The notes under the pieces are model-generated. The model saw nothing but the letters and a program-made list of their open reading frames with translations, had not been told where the DNA came from and made no database searches. Of a stretch of 64,000 nucleotides of DNA, positions 24,260-36,984 are shown piece by piece. Numbering within the stretch: the stretch's first letter is position 1; every line of letters starts with the position of its first letter. The translations under genes were made by a program, and so were the position numbers. Origin of the DNA: Felis catus (lineage: Eukaryota); the NCBI RefSeq assembly GCF_018350175.1, contig NC_058383.1, forward strand, positions 930,001-994,000, in the 5' to 3' direction.

Positions 24260-24409
24260 GTATCTTCTTCTCATCGGGGGCACGCTGGAGGGCCGCCCGC
24301 CAGTTCACTGTGCGCACCCTCCATGACCTGGGCGTGGGGAGGGGGCCCATGGTCGACAAGATCCTGCAGGAGCTGAGGTGCCTCATGGGGCAGCTGGACA
24401 GCTACGGAG
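24260..24409 (+). CDS. CYP2W1: CYP2W1 exon 3
   Basis: GIFFSSGARWRAARQFTVRTLHDLGVG (WxxxR motif), 150 nt. Confidence 0.96.
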
Positions 24410-24479
24410 GTGAGTGGGGGCCGGGCACCCCCCGGTGGGGGTCCCTCACTCCCTGAGGCCCGTGTCCCTCCCACTCCAG

Positions 24480-24637
24480 GCCGGCCCTTCCCCCTGGCCC
24501 TGCTCGGCTGGGCCCCTTCCAACATCACCTTCACACTCCTCTTCGGCCGGCGCTTCGACTACCAGGATCCCCTGTTCGTGTCCCTGCTGAGGCTTATCGA
24601 TGACGTCATGGTCCTCCTGGGGACCCCCAGCCTGCAG
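24480..24637 (+). CDS. CYP2W1: CYP2W1 exon 4
   Basis: RPFPLALLGWAPSNITFTLLFGRRFDYQDP, contains the N177 sequon, 158 nt. Confidence 0.96.
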
Positions 24638-25706
24638 GTGAGAGGCGGCTGCTCCCGGCCTCGGCTGGGGGTCAGGGAGCTGAGCATTTCTTCCCTGGAC
24701 GTGGGGCTCGATGTCCCCCTGTCCCCCAGCCCTTCCGGCCAGGGACGATCCACCCAGTATCGGTCCTCCACAGCGCCACAGAAATCACGCGAACTGGCCC
24801 TCTGGTTTTCCCGACTCCCAGGGGCGTGGGCATTGCACTCTTTTCCAAAACGTGAAACGTTCACCGTCGCGGCAATTTCAGCGCTAGGCGCTAAGCGCAC
24901 GCATCTAGGTGTGGGGCACAGATTTAGAAGGATGCCACAGCGCCAGGTCTCTTCCTCCCAATCTCTCATGGACCCGCGGCCACGGGCGCGAGGCAGGGGC
25001 TGAGCACAGTCTCCCGTCCTCCCGCTTCCTTCCTAGGAGCCCCTGCCGTCCGCTGGGCGGGAGGATCTGGCCTCCTCGCGGAAGCCCCAGGAGGACGGAG
25101 GCCAGGGGGGCGGGAGTGGAATGTTCCGGGCCTCCCCACCCCATGTGCCGGCTCCTCACTGGGCAATTCGATCCAGGGATCGCTCACGTCCTAGGGGTGC
25201 ACAGCGATGCGGGCGCAGCCAGGAGAGCCGTGGACAGCTGCCGAGGCCCCACCTGGTGCGGGACACGCGCTGGCTGGTCAGACACTCCGTGGCCTCCCTC
25301 CCACAGCGGCTCGGCTGGAGCTCTGAAGTTTGCAAATTCTCTGTCCCGATGACTGGCGGCACAGGCGACCCTCTCCCCCTTCTCTGTCCTACGGCTTTGG
25401 TGGCCGGAGGGCGGGGCGTGATTACAGCCGCCCCGCGTCGGGGAAGCCACCCGTCAAGGCGCGTCACCTGCCGTCCGGTCCCGGGACAGAGGGTTTTGTG
25501 GGAGCCCAGGCTGCGGTCCCAGCAGCAGTGCGAGCCGGCGCCCTCTTGTGGCCACGGGCAGTCCCCCACCCCGCAGGTCCGCCCGGAGTCCCGGGGCAGC
25601 ACCTGGGAACCCGCACAGGTGCACACACCTGCTGGGGGGCGCGGGGCCCGCGGTGGGGACCGCATCCTGATCCCCCTCTCCCCGCTGTCTCGCTCTCTGC
25701 CTTCAG

Positions 25707-25880
25707 CTGTTCAACATCTACCCCCGGCTCGGGGCTCTCCTCCAGCTGCACCGGCCTGTCCTTCGGAAGATAGAGGAGGTGCGAGCCATCCTGAGGACCC
25801 TCCTGGAGACGCGGCGGCCCCCCCCGCCCGGGGCAGGCCCCGTGCAGAGCTACATGGACGCCCTGATCCAGCAGGGCCAG
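25707..25880 (+). CDS. CYP2W1: CYP2W1 exon 5
   Basis: LFNIYPRLGALLQLHRPVLRKIEEVRAIL...SYMDALIQQGQ, 174 nt. Confidence 0.95.
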
Positions 25881-26216
25881 GTGTGGGCAGGACGCACCCT
25901 CCCGCCTCAGAGGCCTGCGGGCATTTGGGGGCCCCACCCCAGGAGAAGAGGGGCTGGCCCTGAGCCACCTCCCCCCTCTCCCCGCTGGGGGCCGCTCTCA
26001 GCCTCGGTCTCCCCATCTGTGAAACGGGGCATTTGCAGTGCCTGCCTCAGGGGTGGCAGCAAAGATGTGCCGAGCCCAGAACGTAGCAGGTGCCCTGCTA
26101 ACCTGGCTCCTTCCTTCCATCCCTCTCTTGAGCCCGGAGCTGGCGGGGGGCGGGACGGGGGGGGTGGGTCCGTGGCGCCCAGCCGCCGGCCGAGTCCTCT
26201 CCAACCCACTCTGCAG

Positions 26217-26355
26217 GGGAAAGACCCCCACGGCCTGTTTGCCGAGGCCGACATGGTGGCCTGTGTTCTCGACATGGTCATGGCCGGCACAGAGACCACC
26301 TCCGCCACGCTGCAGTGGGCCGCCCTCCTGATGAGCAGGCACCCGAGTGTGCAAG
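26217..26355 (+). CDS. CYP2W1: CYP2W1 exon 6 (I-helix AGTETT)
   Basis: GKDPHGLFAEADMVACVLDMVMAGTETTSATLQWAALLMSRHPSVQ, 139 nt. Confidence 0.96.
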
Positions 26356-26467
26356 GTGAGCCCCCAGCCTCCCTTTCCAGCACGCGTCGGTGGGCGGGGT
26401 CCCCCAGGGCCCGGGGCGGGGGGGCCGGGGCTCGCGGGGACGCGGGCGCCCACCTTCTCGCCCGCAG

Positions 26468-26652
26468 GCCGGGTGCAGGAGGAGTTGGACCGGGTGCTGG
26501 GGCCCGGGCGCCTCCCCCGGCTGGAGGACCAGCGGTCACTGCCCTACACCAGCGCCGTGCTGCACGAGGTCCAGCGCTCCATCACTCTCCTGCCCCACGT
26601 GCCGCGGTGCATGGCGGCTGACACCCAGCTGGGCGGCTACCTGCTCCCCAAG
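26468..26652 (+). CDS. CYP2W1: CYP2W1 exon 7 (ExxR)
   Basis: [14 protein letters not shown]...[23 protein letters not shown]...LLPK, 185 nt. Confidence 0.96.
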
Positions 26653-26801
26653 GTGGGCCCCCCTCCTGGCCCCCGACAGGATGGGCACGGCTCCCCTCCC
26701 CCTTTCTGCTCTCGGTCAGGCTGGGCCCAGCTGGGTCTCGCGGGGCACGCCCCCGGAGGGAGGGGGCGCCGGGCCCAGCCCACCTGCCGCCCCACCCACA
26801 G

Positions 26802-26943
26802 GGCACACCCGTGATCCCTCTGCTGAGCTCGGTGCTCCTGGACAAGACGCAGTGGGAGACCCCTCGCCAGTTCAACCCGGGTCACTTCCTGGACGCCGAC
26901 GGGCGCTTTGTGAAGCGGGCAGCCTTCCTGCCTTTCTCCGCAG
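26802..26943 (+). CDS. CYP2W1: CYP2W1 exon 8
   Basis: [47 protein letters not shown], 142 nt. Confidence 0.96.
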
Positions 26944-27182
26944 GTACCCCCAGCTCACGGGCAGGGGCGGCACGGGGTCCCTCACCCCCAAGGAGCCTGC
27001 TCACCAGGGACCTCGGAAGCTCAGGCCCCCAGGCCTCCCACTGCCCACAGCCTCCAGCACCCCATCCCTTCCCCCTCGGAGCTGGCCCGCACCTTGCTCT
27101 CGGGTCCAGGGGACCGGCCAGCCCCCCGGCACAGCCCTGCAAAGGGCAGGCTGGTAGCCCTGTGCCTCGGTTTCCCTCGCAG

Positions 27183-27403
27183 GCCGCCGCGTCTGCGTGG
27201 GGGAGAGCCTGGCCAGGTCGGAGCTGTTTCTGCTGTTCGCCGGCCTCCTCCACAGGTACCGCCTGCTGCCCCCACCGGGCCTCAGCCCTGGCGCCCTGGA
27301 CACCACGCCCGCCCCGGCCTTCACCATGCGGCCGCCAGCACAGGCCCTCTGCGCGGTGCCCAGACACGGGGGCTCTGCCCAAGCAGACCCGGGGAGGGTC
27401 TGA
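27183..27403 (+). CDS. CYP2W1: CYP2W1 exon 9 (heme-binding Cys, stop)
   Basis: [19 protein letters not shown]...[16 protein letters not shown]. Total CDS 1506 nt, 501 aa, frame intact. Confidence 0.95.
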
Positions 27404-29109
27404 GTCACTCTCCCAGGTCCCAGCTCGGGGTGCGTTGTGCATGATGGAGGCCGGACAAACGGGTGGACGGCCCTCACTGTGCCCCTTGCTGGGCTCTTTG
27501 CCGTGGCCCCTGGAACCCCACCTGGGCCCGATCGTGCTCTTTCGGGGACCCAGCCCCCTGCCAAGCTCCCTTGCCCCGAGCCATCTCTACCCCTCCTCCT
27601 CCCGTCTCCCCGGGGCAGCCGGGCCCCCTCCCCACCCTCCGCCCCCAGACCCCATGGGCGGCAGCGCTGCCTCGGTCTGCACTCAGGTCCCCCCCAAACC
27701 TCAGGGTGCCTCCCGTTCCCCAGTGGAGAAGTGCCCCCTTCCCGCACCCCACGCCTCCCGGGCTCCCGATGCCACCTCTCCCCACCCACCTACCCTCCAC
27801 GCTGCCCCCATCAGGTTCCCCTCGGGGCCACTTGCTCTTGGGGTGCGGGGAGGTGGCAGGTGGCAGGGTGACACCCACCTAGAGGCCGGCCTCAGACCCG
27901 CGTTCCCAGCTTGCTCTGTGCTGGGTCTCCCGCAGACCCCACCCTGTTCTTGGGGCTCCTGGGGGGCCGTATCCAGGAGGCGCTCAGCCCTTGGAGCCAG
28001 GACCCTGAGCCCTGGGACACGGGCCAATCGAGGGTCAGCGGCTACCAGAGGCTTGGGTGGGAAGGGGAGCAGGGAGGACGCGGGCACCCCCCGAGCCAGT
28101 CAGCCTCATACCCGAAGCCCAGCTCCCCGCCCAAGCTGTATGGTAACTCCTAGGGCAGGGATCTGTTGCTGACCGGGGACACCAGGTCAGGGGGGCCGAG
28201 TGGGGGGCTCTCCAGCCTGCGTCCATGGGACACACTTCCCACGCACCCGAAATTCAGTGATCTGCGGTTGCGTACGTATCTGGCAACCCACCGGCGGTCC
28301 GGGAGCCTGGCGGGATGGGGTTTGGACTCCAGCCACCCTGGCCGCCCTCCCCCGTCCCCAGCCCTGGGTGGGGGGTGCAGGGGGCTGGCAGAGGTCAGGC
28401 AGCCTCTCCCTCAGGGAGAGGGGGCAGGACCGTGGCCACGCGTGCTTCTGGATGTGCCGTTCACATGGTGGGCCCCTGTGGGGGAAGGGGTATGGACTGG
28501 GTATCTTTTATTTCTGGAAAGAGCTGGGTGCTGGGGGGCGGCGAGGATTTTCTCTGTCGCCGGACTGCTTCTGTCTCAAACGTCTGAAACCTGGGTGGAG
28601 GGGTCGGGGCCGCTTGAGTCTAGCGGGGTCACGCGCGACAAGGAGCATGGATCTCATCCGAGTTCATCCTGGCCAATCAACTGACAGCATCCTTCAGAGC
28701 GAGGCAGAACATTCCGGAATGGCTGTGGAAACCCTTCCAAGAAGCTCTTGGCTGAAGAGACTGTGCTGCTTGGGGTGGGCGTGGTGGGAGGGGTTGGGCA
28801 GCCCGAAAAGGGAAAAGGTGAGCATTAGAAGCGAAGGCAGTGGTCACGGGGGTCTCCTTTCTTTGTGGTGAACGTAGGGCTGTCTGGACCCCGTTTCCAG
28901 GAGCCACGCCCCCCGTAGGAGCTGGGCCCACGGCACCTGCCGGGGCGGTCCCGCGTTAGCCGGGCGGCGGGACGCACACACTGAACCGCTATTTCCTAAC
29001 TCCCAGGAACAGGCGTCAAAACGAACCACTTTCCAAGGTGACTTAACTTTTCTCCTCAGAATCCAATAGGGTCGTTGCTGCTTTGGGGTAATCGCTTTGA
29101 TTTGCCAAG

Positions 29110-29115
29110 AATAAA
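29110..29115 (+). terminator. CYP2W1: Candidate CYP2W1 polyadenylation signal (second AATAAA at 29558-29563)
   Basis: First AATAAA seen downstream of the stop codon, followed by GT-rich ctttgtgctggg. Confidence 0.45.
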
Positions 29116-29869
29116 TGTGAGAAGGCTTTGTGCTGGGCTTGGAAGGTGTAGATCCCGGAGGAAAATGCTTCACAAACACGATGCTCGCCCAGTGGCTGCA
29201 TCAGGGCTGGCGGCTCTGGTGGGAACGGGTCCCTGTGGGGGACCCCGGGAGCTCTGGTGGGACGTTAGGCAGGAGATCCCCAGGGCGACCCCAGGCGCCC
29301 GCGGCTCGGCTCCAGGCCTGTGGGCTGGTGCAGATCTGAGGTGGGCTGGGCGGAGGGCTGGCATGAGAGGGATCCTCAGCCACCCCGGTCCAGGGCACGG
29401 AAGGCTCTGGCACCCCCCTCACCCCTGCAGGGGACCTCCGGGCCCCCTATTCTCAGGCTCCCCTCACCCCTGCGGAGAACTGGCTGGGGCCCAGGAGAGC
29501 CGGGGCCGTCTGGGGAATATCTGTCCCCCCCCCTCCCACTTTATGGGGTGGACACAGAATAAATGTATTATACACCGAAGGTGCACAACACGCCAATTGT
29601 GACGTCTGGCCCACGAGGAAAGCACCCGTCACCGCTGCCCCCGAGCCCCCCCCACTGGGCCCAGCCCCTGCATGAGTGATCTGGAGACCCAGGTGTGCCG
29701 CTGCCTTCCCCTCTGCAAACAAGGGGGACTCACCCGCCCACCCGCTCCAGAGAGCTGCTCAGTCTGGCCCTGACCCGGTGTAGACACTCGCCCCGTGATG
29801 GGGGCTCCACCGAGGTGTTGATGGGACGGCCCCCCCTCCACCTCTGCCCCATCATCTGCTGGTTGCTCT

Positions 29870-30310
29870 TGTTTGCTTTGTATTTTTCTTGTGGTAAAAC
29901 ACACATAACAGAAATTACCATTTCAACCACTTCTAAGTGAGCAGCTCAGGGGCACCAAGCACATTCACGCTGCTGTGCAGCCGCCCCGCCGTCTGGCTCC
30001 AGAACGTTCCATCTCCCCACACTGAGACTCTGTCCCCGTTACACACAGACCCCTACCCGCTCCGCCAGCCCCGGCCCCACTGTCTCCTCCGTGTCCCTGA
30101 GTCTGACGACCCGGGGCCTCGTGGGAGTGCGTCCCAGTGCGTGTCCTCCCGTGTCTGGCTTGTGTCACTCACCGTGGTGTCTGCAGGGTCCGCCCATATT
30201 GGAGCAGGTGCCAGAACTTCCTTCCCTTTTAAGGCCGAATAGTATTTCGTGGGTGGATGGCGCGTGTTGTGTTGTCCATTCATCCATGGTGGACACTTCC
30301 AAGTTTGGGG
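29870..30310 (-). mobile_element. Old L1M (L1MB-like) 3' end fragment
   Basis: gtggtaaaacacacataacagaaattaccatttcaaccac, cttccttcccttttaaggccgaatagtatt and tccattcatccat motifs. Confidence 0.8.
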
Positions 30311-30882
30311 TCCCATTTCTTGCCGGCTGCATCTCCAATGAGCTCAGCCTCCAGCCTGCATGGGCTTCGGGAGGAGCCTCTGGAGACGTCCATCAAGGGT
30401 CCCAGACGTTGAAGGTGAGGAGGGGGCAGCTGGGCCCCTGAACGTGGGTTCCCATGGCCACAGCGCCCCTCCTCTTGTCAGGGAAGGAGCCCCTGGGGGC
30501 CGGCGGGTGGCTCTTGATCCCGTCACACCACTGGCCCCCAAACCAGAAGCAAGCTCCCAGGGCCGCTGGGACACCCACCCTCAGGGCAGACACATGAGAG
30601 GCTGAAGGTCCGTTCCCAGGGCAGGGGTCCTGGCTCGTGGCCACCTAATGTCCTGAAGCACCTGTCAGGGACATTCCTGCTGGATAAGCACTGATTTCAC
30701 TAAACAAGGAAGCTCTCCGGGGGGCACCGGAAGGGGAACCTTGGCGGGGGGCCATTGGTCACTGCAGGAGGTCAACAGAAACACCTGCCTGAACGTTTCT
30801 GGGACACGAGTCCCAGGAAGGGCGCTTCCTTGGAGGGTGGGGCAGGGTGATGGCGTCGGCAGTGACGGCCGGGAAGTCTGGT

Positions 30883-30939
30883 CGCTCCCTCACCCACTCT
30901 CAATGGAGCGCTCCCTCACCCACTCTCGATGGAGCGCTC
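30883..30939. repeat. 26-bp tandem duplication (2.2 copies)
   Basis: cgctccctcacccactctc(a/g)atggag twice, plus cgctc. Confidence 0.9.
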
Positions 30940-31837
30940 GAGACGGTCTCCAGGAGGGACGCGGGGAACTTTGGTGAGAACAGACATTAAGGTGACAACG
31001 AACTTCTTTACCATTTTCCTTCCAAAATGCTTTGCCGTGAGTTCGGCCCCGCGAGGCTCTGTCTGCTCCCCGGAACGCGTCTGACACCTGCACACGCTGT
31101 GTGGCCGCAGTCCCCGAAGGCACCCCCGCCTCTGGGTGCTCCGTCACTGCAGGTGAGCAAGCTCACCGTTCCCAGAATCTCGTGTCAGTGGAACAGCGGT
31201 CTGAGGTCCCCCTTGTGGTCCGAGGTCCCCTGCCCAGTGCAATGCTGTGGCCTGTGTCAGCGTTTCTGTCCTTGTACTGCTGAGTGCTGTTTGCCTTGGT
31301 GTCCTGGTCACCTGCTGCTGGACGTCTGGGTTGTTTCCGGCTTGGGGGTGCCGACGGGCAAACAGTGCCACGGTCAAGCTTCCTGGCCCAGGGGCCCCAC
31401 ACAGACCTTGCTGAGTCAGGGACTCACAGACCGTCCTTCAGCACGCACGGCCCCCACCCCACGCCGTGGCCTGGCCCCGGGGCTCAGACTCTCCCACGTC
31501 ACTGCCCCGGGGGCCTCATCCATGCCGTCTCTGACAGACACCCCCAGCAAGTGACGTTGGTCCCGGTGCGCCCAGGTGACATGTCTGTGTCTCCTCGCTC
31601 TGCCAGGGGGAACCTTGCAGTAGACAGCACTTTATGCCCTGGAAGGAGCCCTTAGGGAGGAAAGAGCCCTCTCCCATCTGGTATCGGGAGTGTTTGTGCT
31701 CAAGTGAAGGGAGTGCCCTGGTCTCCCGACTGTTTCCATTAACAGATGATGAGGACTTGGGACCCATCACATTCCCCTTTTCAACTTGGCTGCCAGGAAA
31801 CCCAGAGCTATGGTTCTTGATCAATCAACCCTGATTC

Positions 31838-31840
<3 letters not shown>

Positions 31841-31873
<33 letters not shown>
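31841..31873 (+). repeat. Poly(A)33 tract
   Basis: 33 consecutive A residues. Confidence 0.95.
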
Positions 31874-31875
<2 letters not shown>

Positions 31876-31924
31876 CCTTTTCTAGCTTATGGATCTTCCT
31901 TTGCGTGTCTACTTTTCAATGTAT

Positions 31925-32122
31925 TTTTTAATGTTTACTTTTGAGAGACAGAGAGCACAAGCAGGGGAGGGGGAGAGAGAGGGGGAGACACAGAATCCCA
32001 AGCAGGCTCTAGGCTCCGAGCTGTCAGCACAGAGCCTGACGTGGGGCTCGAACCCATAAACTGCAAGCTCATGACCTGAGCCGAAGTCAGGTGCTCAACG
32101 GACTGAGCCCCCCAGGCGCCCC
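31925..32122 (-). mobile_element. CAN SINE
   Basis: Full element. Imperfect TSD aatgtatttttt / aatgtgtttttt. Confidence 0.93.
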
Positions 32123-33664
32123 TTAATGTGTTTTTTGGGTGCCTCCTCAAAGCTTAGGCACTGTGAGGCTGGCACCCCGATTGCTTGACGCCCCCAGATT
32201 ATCTGTGGAGCCGTGATGCCAACACATCGGATTGGTGATGCACTCACAGGCCTGTGCCAACTCGGGGTTCCAAAGTGCCTCCTGTTCGGGATCTCACTGA
32301 TGCCTGGAGGGTCGGGACCTCCCCTCTGTCCCTAAAAGCCAAAGAGGGGACGGCCAGGTGCTCTGGCCCGGAGGTGGGTGTGTGTGTGCACGTGGCGGGG
32401 TTTCAGCTGCACCAGTGGGAGGGGCGGAGCCAGATGCCCCCGGGGAGTGGCGGAGTATCACCCCTGCCCCTGGGGGGGCGCGGGGGAGGCGTGGGTGTTG
32501 GGTGGGAGGTGGGGCCGCGTGACCCTCAGAACCCAGGGGTGTGGGTTACAGGTGAGAGAGGGGAGGTCCTAAGGACCAGCCCAGGGCCCTCTGAATGCCT
32601 GGGCCCCTCCTGGCCTGGGGAACCCTCACCTTGAGGCCTGACCTCATCAAGGAGAAGCGTCCCTCGGCACGGGTGGTTCACGGTACCCGAAGCTCAAGTG
32701 AAAGCAGAAACCGAGGCTGGGGACACTGCTGGGAGGGGATGCCTCGGGGGAAGGCCTGGCTGGAAAGGCCTGGCCAGGTGCGACCACAGCGAGGCCCCAG
32801 GCCTTCTTCTGGAATAAGGGGTCTACGCACAGGCTAGGAGCCCGTGACTCACTGTCGGCACCGTGACAGGACACAACCAGTTCACCTTACACACCTTCGT
32901 GCTGTCCTGGTTGTCTATCGCACGCGCCCCAGCAACAGGGTTTACAAACCTGCAAGGTGAGGACTCAGTGGTGACAGCTCACCTCTGCTTCGCACGGTGT
33001 CACCTGGGGTGGAAGCCGCTGGAGGGCCTGCCATCACCCCGGTGGATCCCCACGCAGCCTCCCCATGCGGCAGGGGCTTCCCACGTGAAGGCCGCCAAGT
33101 CCCAAGGGCACACGTCCAGAGGGCGCCGCCTGCCTCCGCCTCCTGTCCTGGCCTCACAGCCGCACGACTCCACCCGTGCCTCATCCCATGCTGGAGGCTG
33201 ACCCACGTCCCCGCGGGCAGAGCGCCAAAGCCTGGGTGGATGAGTTTTAAAACCACCACATCTCCACCACCCTGTGATTCTTCACGTACAGGTGCCGGGA
33301 AGTGCAGGCCTCCTGAAGGTGGTCCCGGCACCGGCCGCCCACCGACTTCCCCCACTCGCTGAGGAGGTGTGGGCCGCGGTGCCCTGAGCGCAGCCTCTGG
33401 GGCACTGGGAGCCCCATGACTTCTGGGGAGTTCAACGCACCCAGCACTCCTCTCGGCACAGAACGAGCGTGTCCCGGGTCCGTGCAGACAGCAGCCTGCA
33501 GAGCAAGTGCCGGGCACCCGCAGGCAGAAGCGCCACACGGGGAGTCTCACCAGGACGCCGTCCTGGGGGGGCTACGGCCACGGCCTGACGCACGCTCGTG
33601 GTCAATCAACGCACAAATGAGAACGAAACACACAGAACGAGAGCCACGGCCGACACAGGACGGT

Positions 33665-33670
33665 TTTACT
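33665..33670 (-). terminator. C7orf50: Candidate C7orf50 polyadenylation signal (AGTAAA variant)
   Basis: AGTAAA on the minus strand ~450 nt after the stop, followed by GU/U-rich tcgttctgtgtgtttcgttctcatttgt. Confidence 0.55.
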
Positions 33671-34121
33671 GCAAACAGGAGTGGAAGAGGTCGGTGGACG
33701 CAGGCAGGTGACCAGGCAGCCCTGGCCGCCACTGGAGGGACCGCCCTCGGCCCCCAACAGGGACGGACCACTGCTGGCGGGAAGGGCTGGCTCTGGTGGA
33801 TTTCTGAGTCATTCCAGTAGAAAACAGGCCTTTCCCTCGGCTTCCCTGTGGGCTCTGAGGCCACGCAGAGGCCAGGCCAGTGTCTCCAGGTTACCCCCCA
33901 AGTGCTCCCGTTCGGTTGTGAAGGCATGAAAACCTGTCATCGTGGAGTCAGTCCTCCCGAGGGCCAGGGGCCCGGCCCCCGGAAGGCCCCCCTGGCCGCT
34001 GCCCTGCCGCCGACCCCGCTTGCCGCTCGCTGGGGCCCCACTGCCGGGAGGACACTGTCGCCCTCACCGAGAGGCCCGGGACCGCCCGGGGCTGTGGCAG
34101 TGGCCCGGCCCGCCGGCAGCC

Positions 34122-34304
34122 CTAGGACAGCAGCTGTAGCACTTGCCGGACGCGCTGGATCGTCCCCAGCGGGAGGGTGTCCGCGCCCCTGGCCTCGTCT
34201 GACTTCTGCATCAGGGCCTCGGCCTTCTGCACCGTCAGCTCTCGGGCCCGGCCCCTCAGCCCCTCCAGGTAGGCCAGCAGGGTGGAGAAGAGCTCGTCGG
34301 GAAC
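34122..34304 (-). CDS. C7orf50: C7orf50/CHLSN (cholesin) last coding exon
   Basis: [33 protein letters not shown]...[10 protein letters not shown], acceptor caccag|GTT. Confidence 0.93.
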   Translation of the reverse strand, partial: VPDELFSTLLAYLEGLRGRARELTVQKAEALMQKSDEARGADTLPLGTIQRVRQVLQLLS

Positions 34305-36984
34305 CTGGTGGAGGAAGAGGACCAGCGCGTCAGGGGCCGGGCGGGGTGACGTGACGAGCGTGGACACTGAGCGGGCCCGGGCGTCAGGCGGCTCACCGCC
34401 TCCTCCTCCAGGCAGCAGAGCTCGGCGTCATCTCGGCCCCGGGCACGCCGACGGTGCGGGGCCCCGTGTGCCGCACCCCTGTTCCCACCCCGTGCCGCTG
34501 CTGTGGGACCACGGGGCTGGGGAGGCGGGGAGGGCAGGCCAGTCTCCCGGTCTTTTTCGAGGGCTCGGGGCCCTGCAGCCATTGGATGTCACCCCCTCCC
34601 GAAAGGCCAGCCAGTCGACAGTTAACAGGCGTGTTTGTGAGGAGAGACATCTTCTGAGACACACACACACACACACACCCCCCGGGGGTCTGCGGGTGGA
34701 GCCCCCGCCGATAAAACCGAGTTCTGGCTCCCCGACCCCAGGCCTGGCTGGTCCCGTCCCGAGGGGAGAGTGAAGGGGCAGCCGGGTCCACTCAGAAAGC
34801 AGGTAGTGACTCACAGGCCTCAACTCCAAAGCTTCAGCAGTGGAGGCAGAAGCAGAGACAGGCACGCGGGGCAAGGGGACAGAGCCAGGCCCAGGCAGGA
34901 ACCCCTCCACCCATGGTCAGCTGGCTCTCGACAAGGGCGCCCAGACCATTCGATGGGGAAAGGGGCCTCCACATCACTCCCCTCGCATGCGGACCCTCTC
35001 CCACCCCTTGTTGTCCCCCCCCCCCCCCACCTCCCTACACAGGCTTCCCCGGTGTTGGCGGCCAAGCCTGTGTCCTGCAGCAAGACTAGAAGATTCTACT
35101 GTGAAATTGAGGACAGAGGAGAGAAAACCCAGATCCTGAGCCCAGCCCATCAGCTCAGGATCTGGGTCTCAGCTCAGGACACGGGCCCCTGGGGTGCGCG
35201 CAGCCCTGGCCAGGTTTCCAGGCCCTTCCTGACCCCACAGGGCATCACGTCAGAACAAAGTGTCTGATCTCAAAGTCAGAGGCCAAGCAAACAAACCAAA
35301 AGCGACCTGAACAAGTTAAATGTCGTGCGGAGAGAAGGGGACTTCAAAGTGGTGTTACTGACATCCTCGAGAAGTAAGAAAACACGATCCACTGAGAACA
35401 CGAGAGAAGAACACCGCCGAGAACGGCTGCATCTTCAGCGACACGGGTCACAGTCTGTCTTTGGTCACAGGGCCATCCTGCTCTGACCGGCCCCTCCCCA
35501 ACGCCCGTGACACTGAGCTCCTCGGCACTCGCTCAAAGGCCACCTGCATCGTCTGCTCTGGACAGAGGTCGACGCACACCCTTTGTCCGTCCGTTTTAGA
35601 GTTGGGCTGCCCTTCTGTCGACCTAGAAAAGCTCCCACAGTCCGTGAGATCGGGCTCTGCACCCACCTCCTCCCTCCTGTGGGTGGGTGGGTGGCCATCT
35701 CCCCGCCCACCAGTCTGAGTCTGCGGTCACTGTGCTGGGGCAGTCGGCGCCTGTGCCCGACCTGAGGCCACACAGGTGCCCCCACATTCGCTTCTGGGAG
35801 CTGTAGTTTCAGCCCCGACATCCGGGACCTCGACCCACTTTGAGGGCTGCTGACAGAGGTCAGGTGGGGTCACCTTCCTTCCTTGACACGTGCAAATCCA
35901 GCTGGCAAAACTCCGCTTGCGGAGGAGGCCATCCTTTCCCCATCGAATGGTGGTGGCTCCCTCCGCCTCTGTGGACCCTGAGCGTACTCATTCCCTTCCG
36001 GGCTTTCTATTCCCCTCCCTTGTCAGTCCACCCCCACGGGGGTCGGATGTGGCTTCTGTCTCATCCGTGAAACTGAATCTCATATCCTGCTCCCGACAGG
36101 AAGTGCTCATGCACACCCACGCACACATGCAGACACGTGGCGGCCATGAGGTCAGGCCCATGCACCTCAGGGGCTCGAAGTGAGGCTGGGGTGGGGGCGG
36201 GGGTTCTTCAAGTAGGCGCACCAGGAAGACAGGGCGGGCACGCGTGGGACCACAGAACAGGTTCGTCTCACGTCACGGCCTCTGCTGTTCCCGCGGGCAG
36301 CACCGGGGCGCCACTGCTGCCACGGTCCAGCCAAGGAGGGTCCGGCACTCTGCTCCGGGGCCACACACAGCCGGCAGGGCACGTGGGCGGGACGGCAGGA
36401 CGCCCACAAAGGGAAGCGGGACTCGGTGTGGGGCCAGGAGGCAGCACCGCCTAGCGTCTGGGGGCCGGAGCAACCAGGACCCCCAGCTTTGGCCCCGGGG
36501 TCCCCTCCTGTTCCTGCCACCAGCCTGCTGAGTCACGCAGGCCCGGGAGCGTCTGCGGAACCAAGGGCCGGGCACGCAGTTCCCAGGGGCCCTTCCCCCT
36601 TCCCCGCCTCCGCGCCTCCCCTCCTCCCCTCCCACCCCCAGGCGCCCCGGCCACAGTCATCTGCTGCGGTCCAGGGCTTTCTTCTATCCCACTGCCTGTG
36701 CTGGACCCCAAGTGAACCCTGACCCTGACCTCAGGGGGCTCACCAGAGACCAATGAATCCATCGGTCCATCCGCCCACCCGTTACTGCGCCCCTCCACAA
36801 AGGCCCCGGACACCACCCCTCCCCCCAGCTGGGCTCAGGTGCACGTGCCCCGGTTCCCAGGGGAGCCCAGGCAGCTCCGGGGCGTTAGGCTCAGAGATGT
36901 GGGGGTCCGTGAAAGCCGACGAGCCTTGTCCTTCCAGGTTAACGTCCCAGCAGGGCAGATGGCTAAGTAAATGACAGGACACCG

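Noticed and set aside
26811..28172. 453-aa ORF starting in CYP2W1 exon 8
   Set aside because: Read-through of intron 8 and 3' UTR, lacking the heme Cys in this frame.
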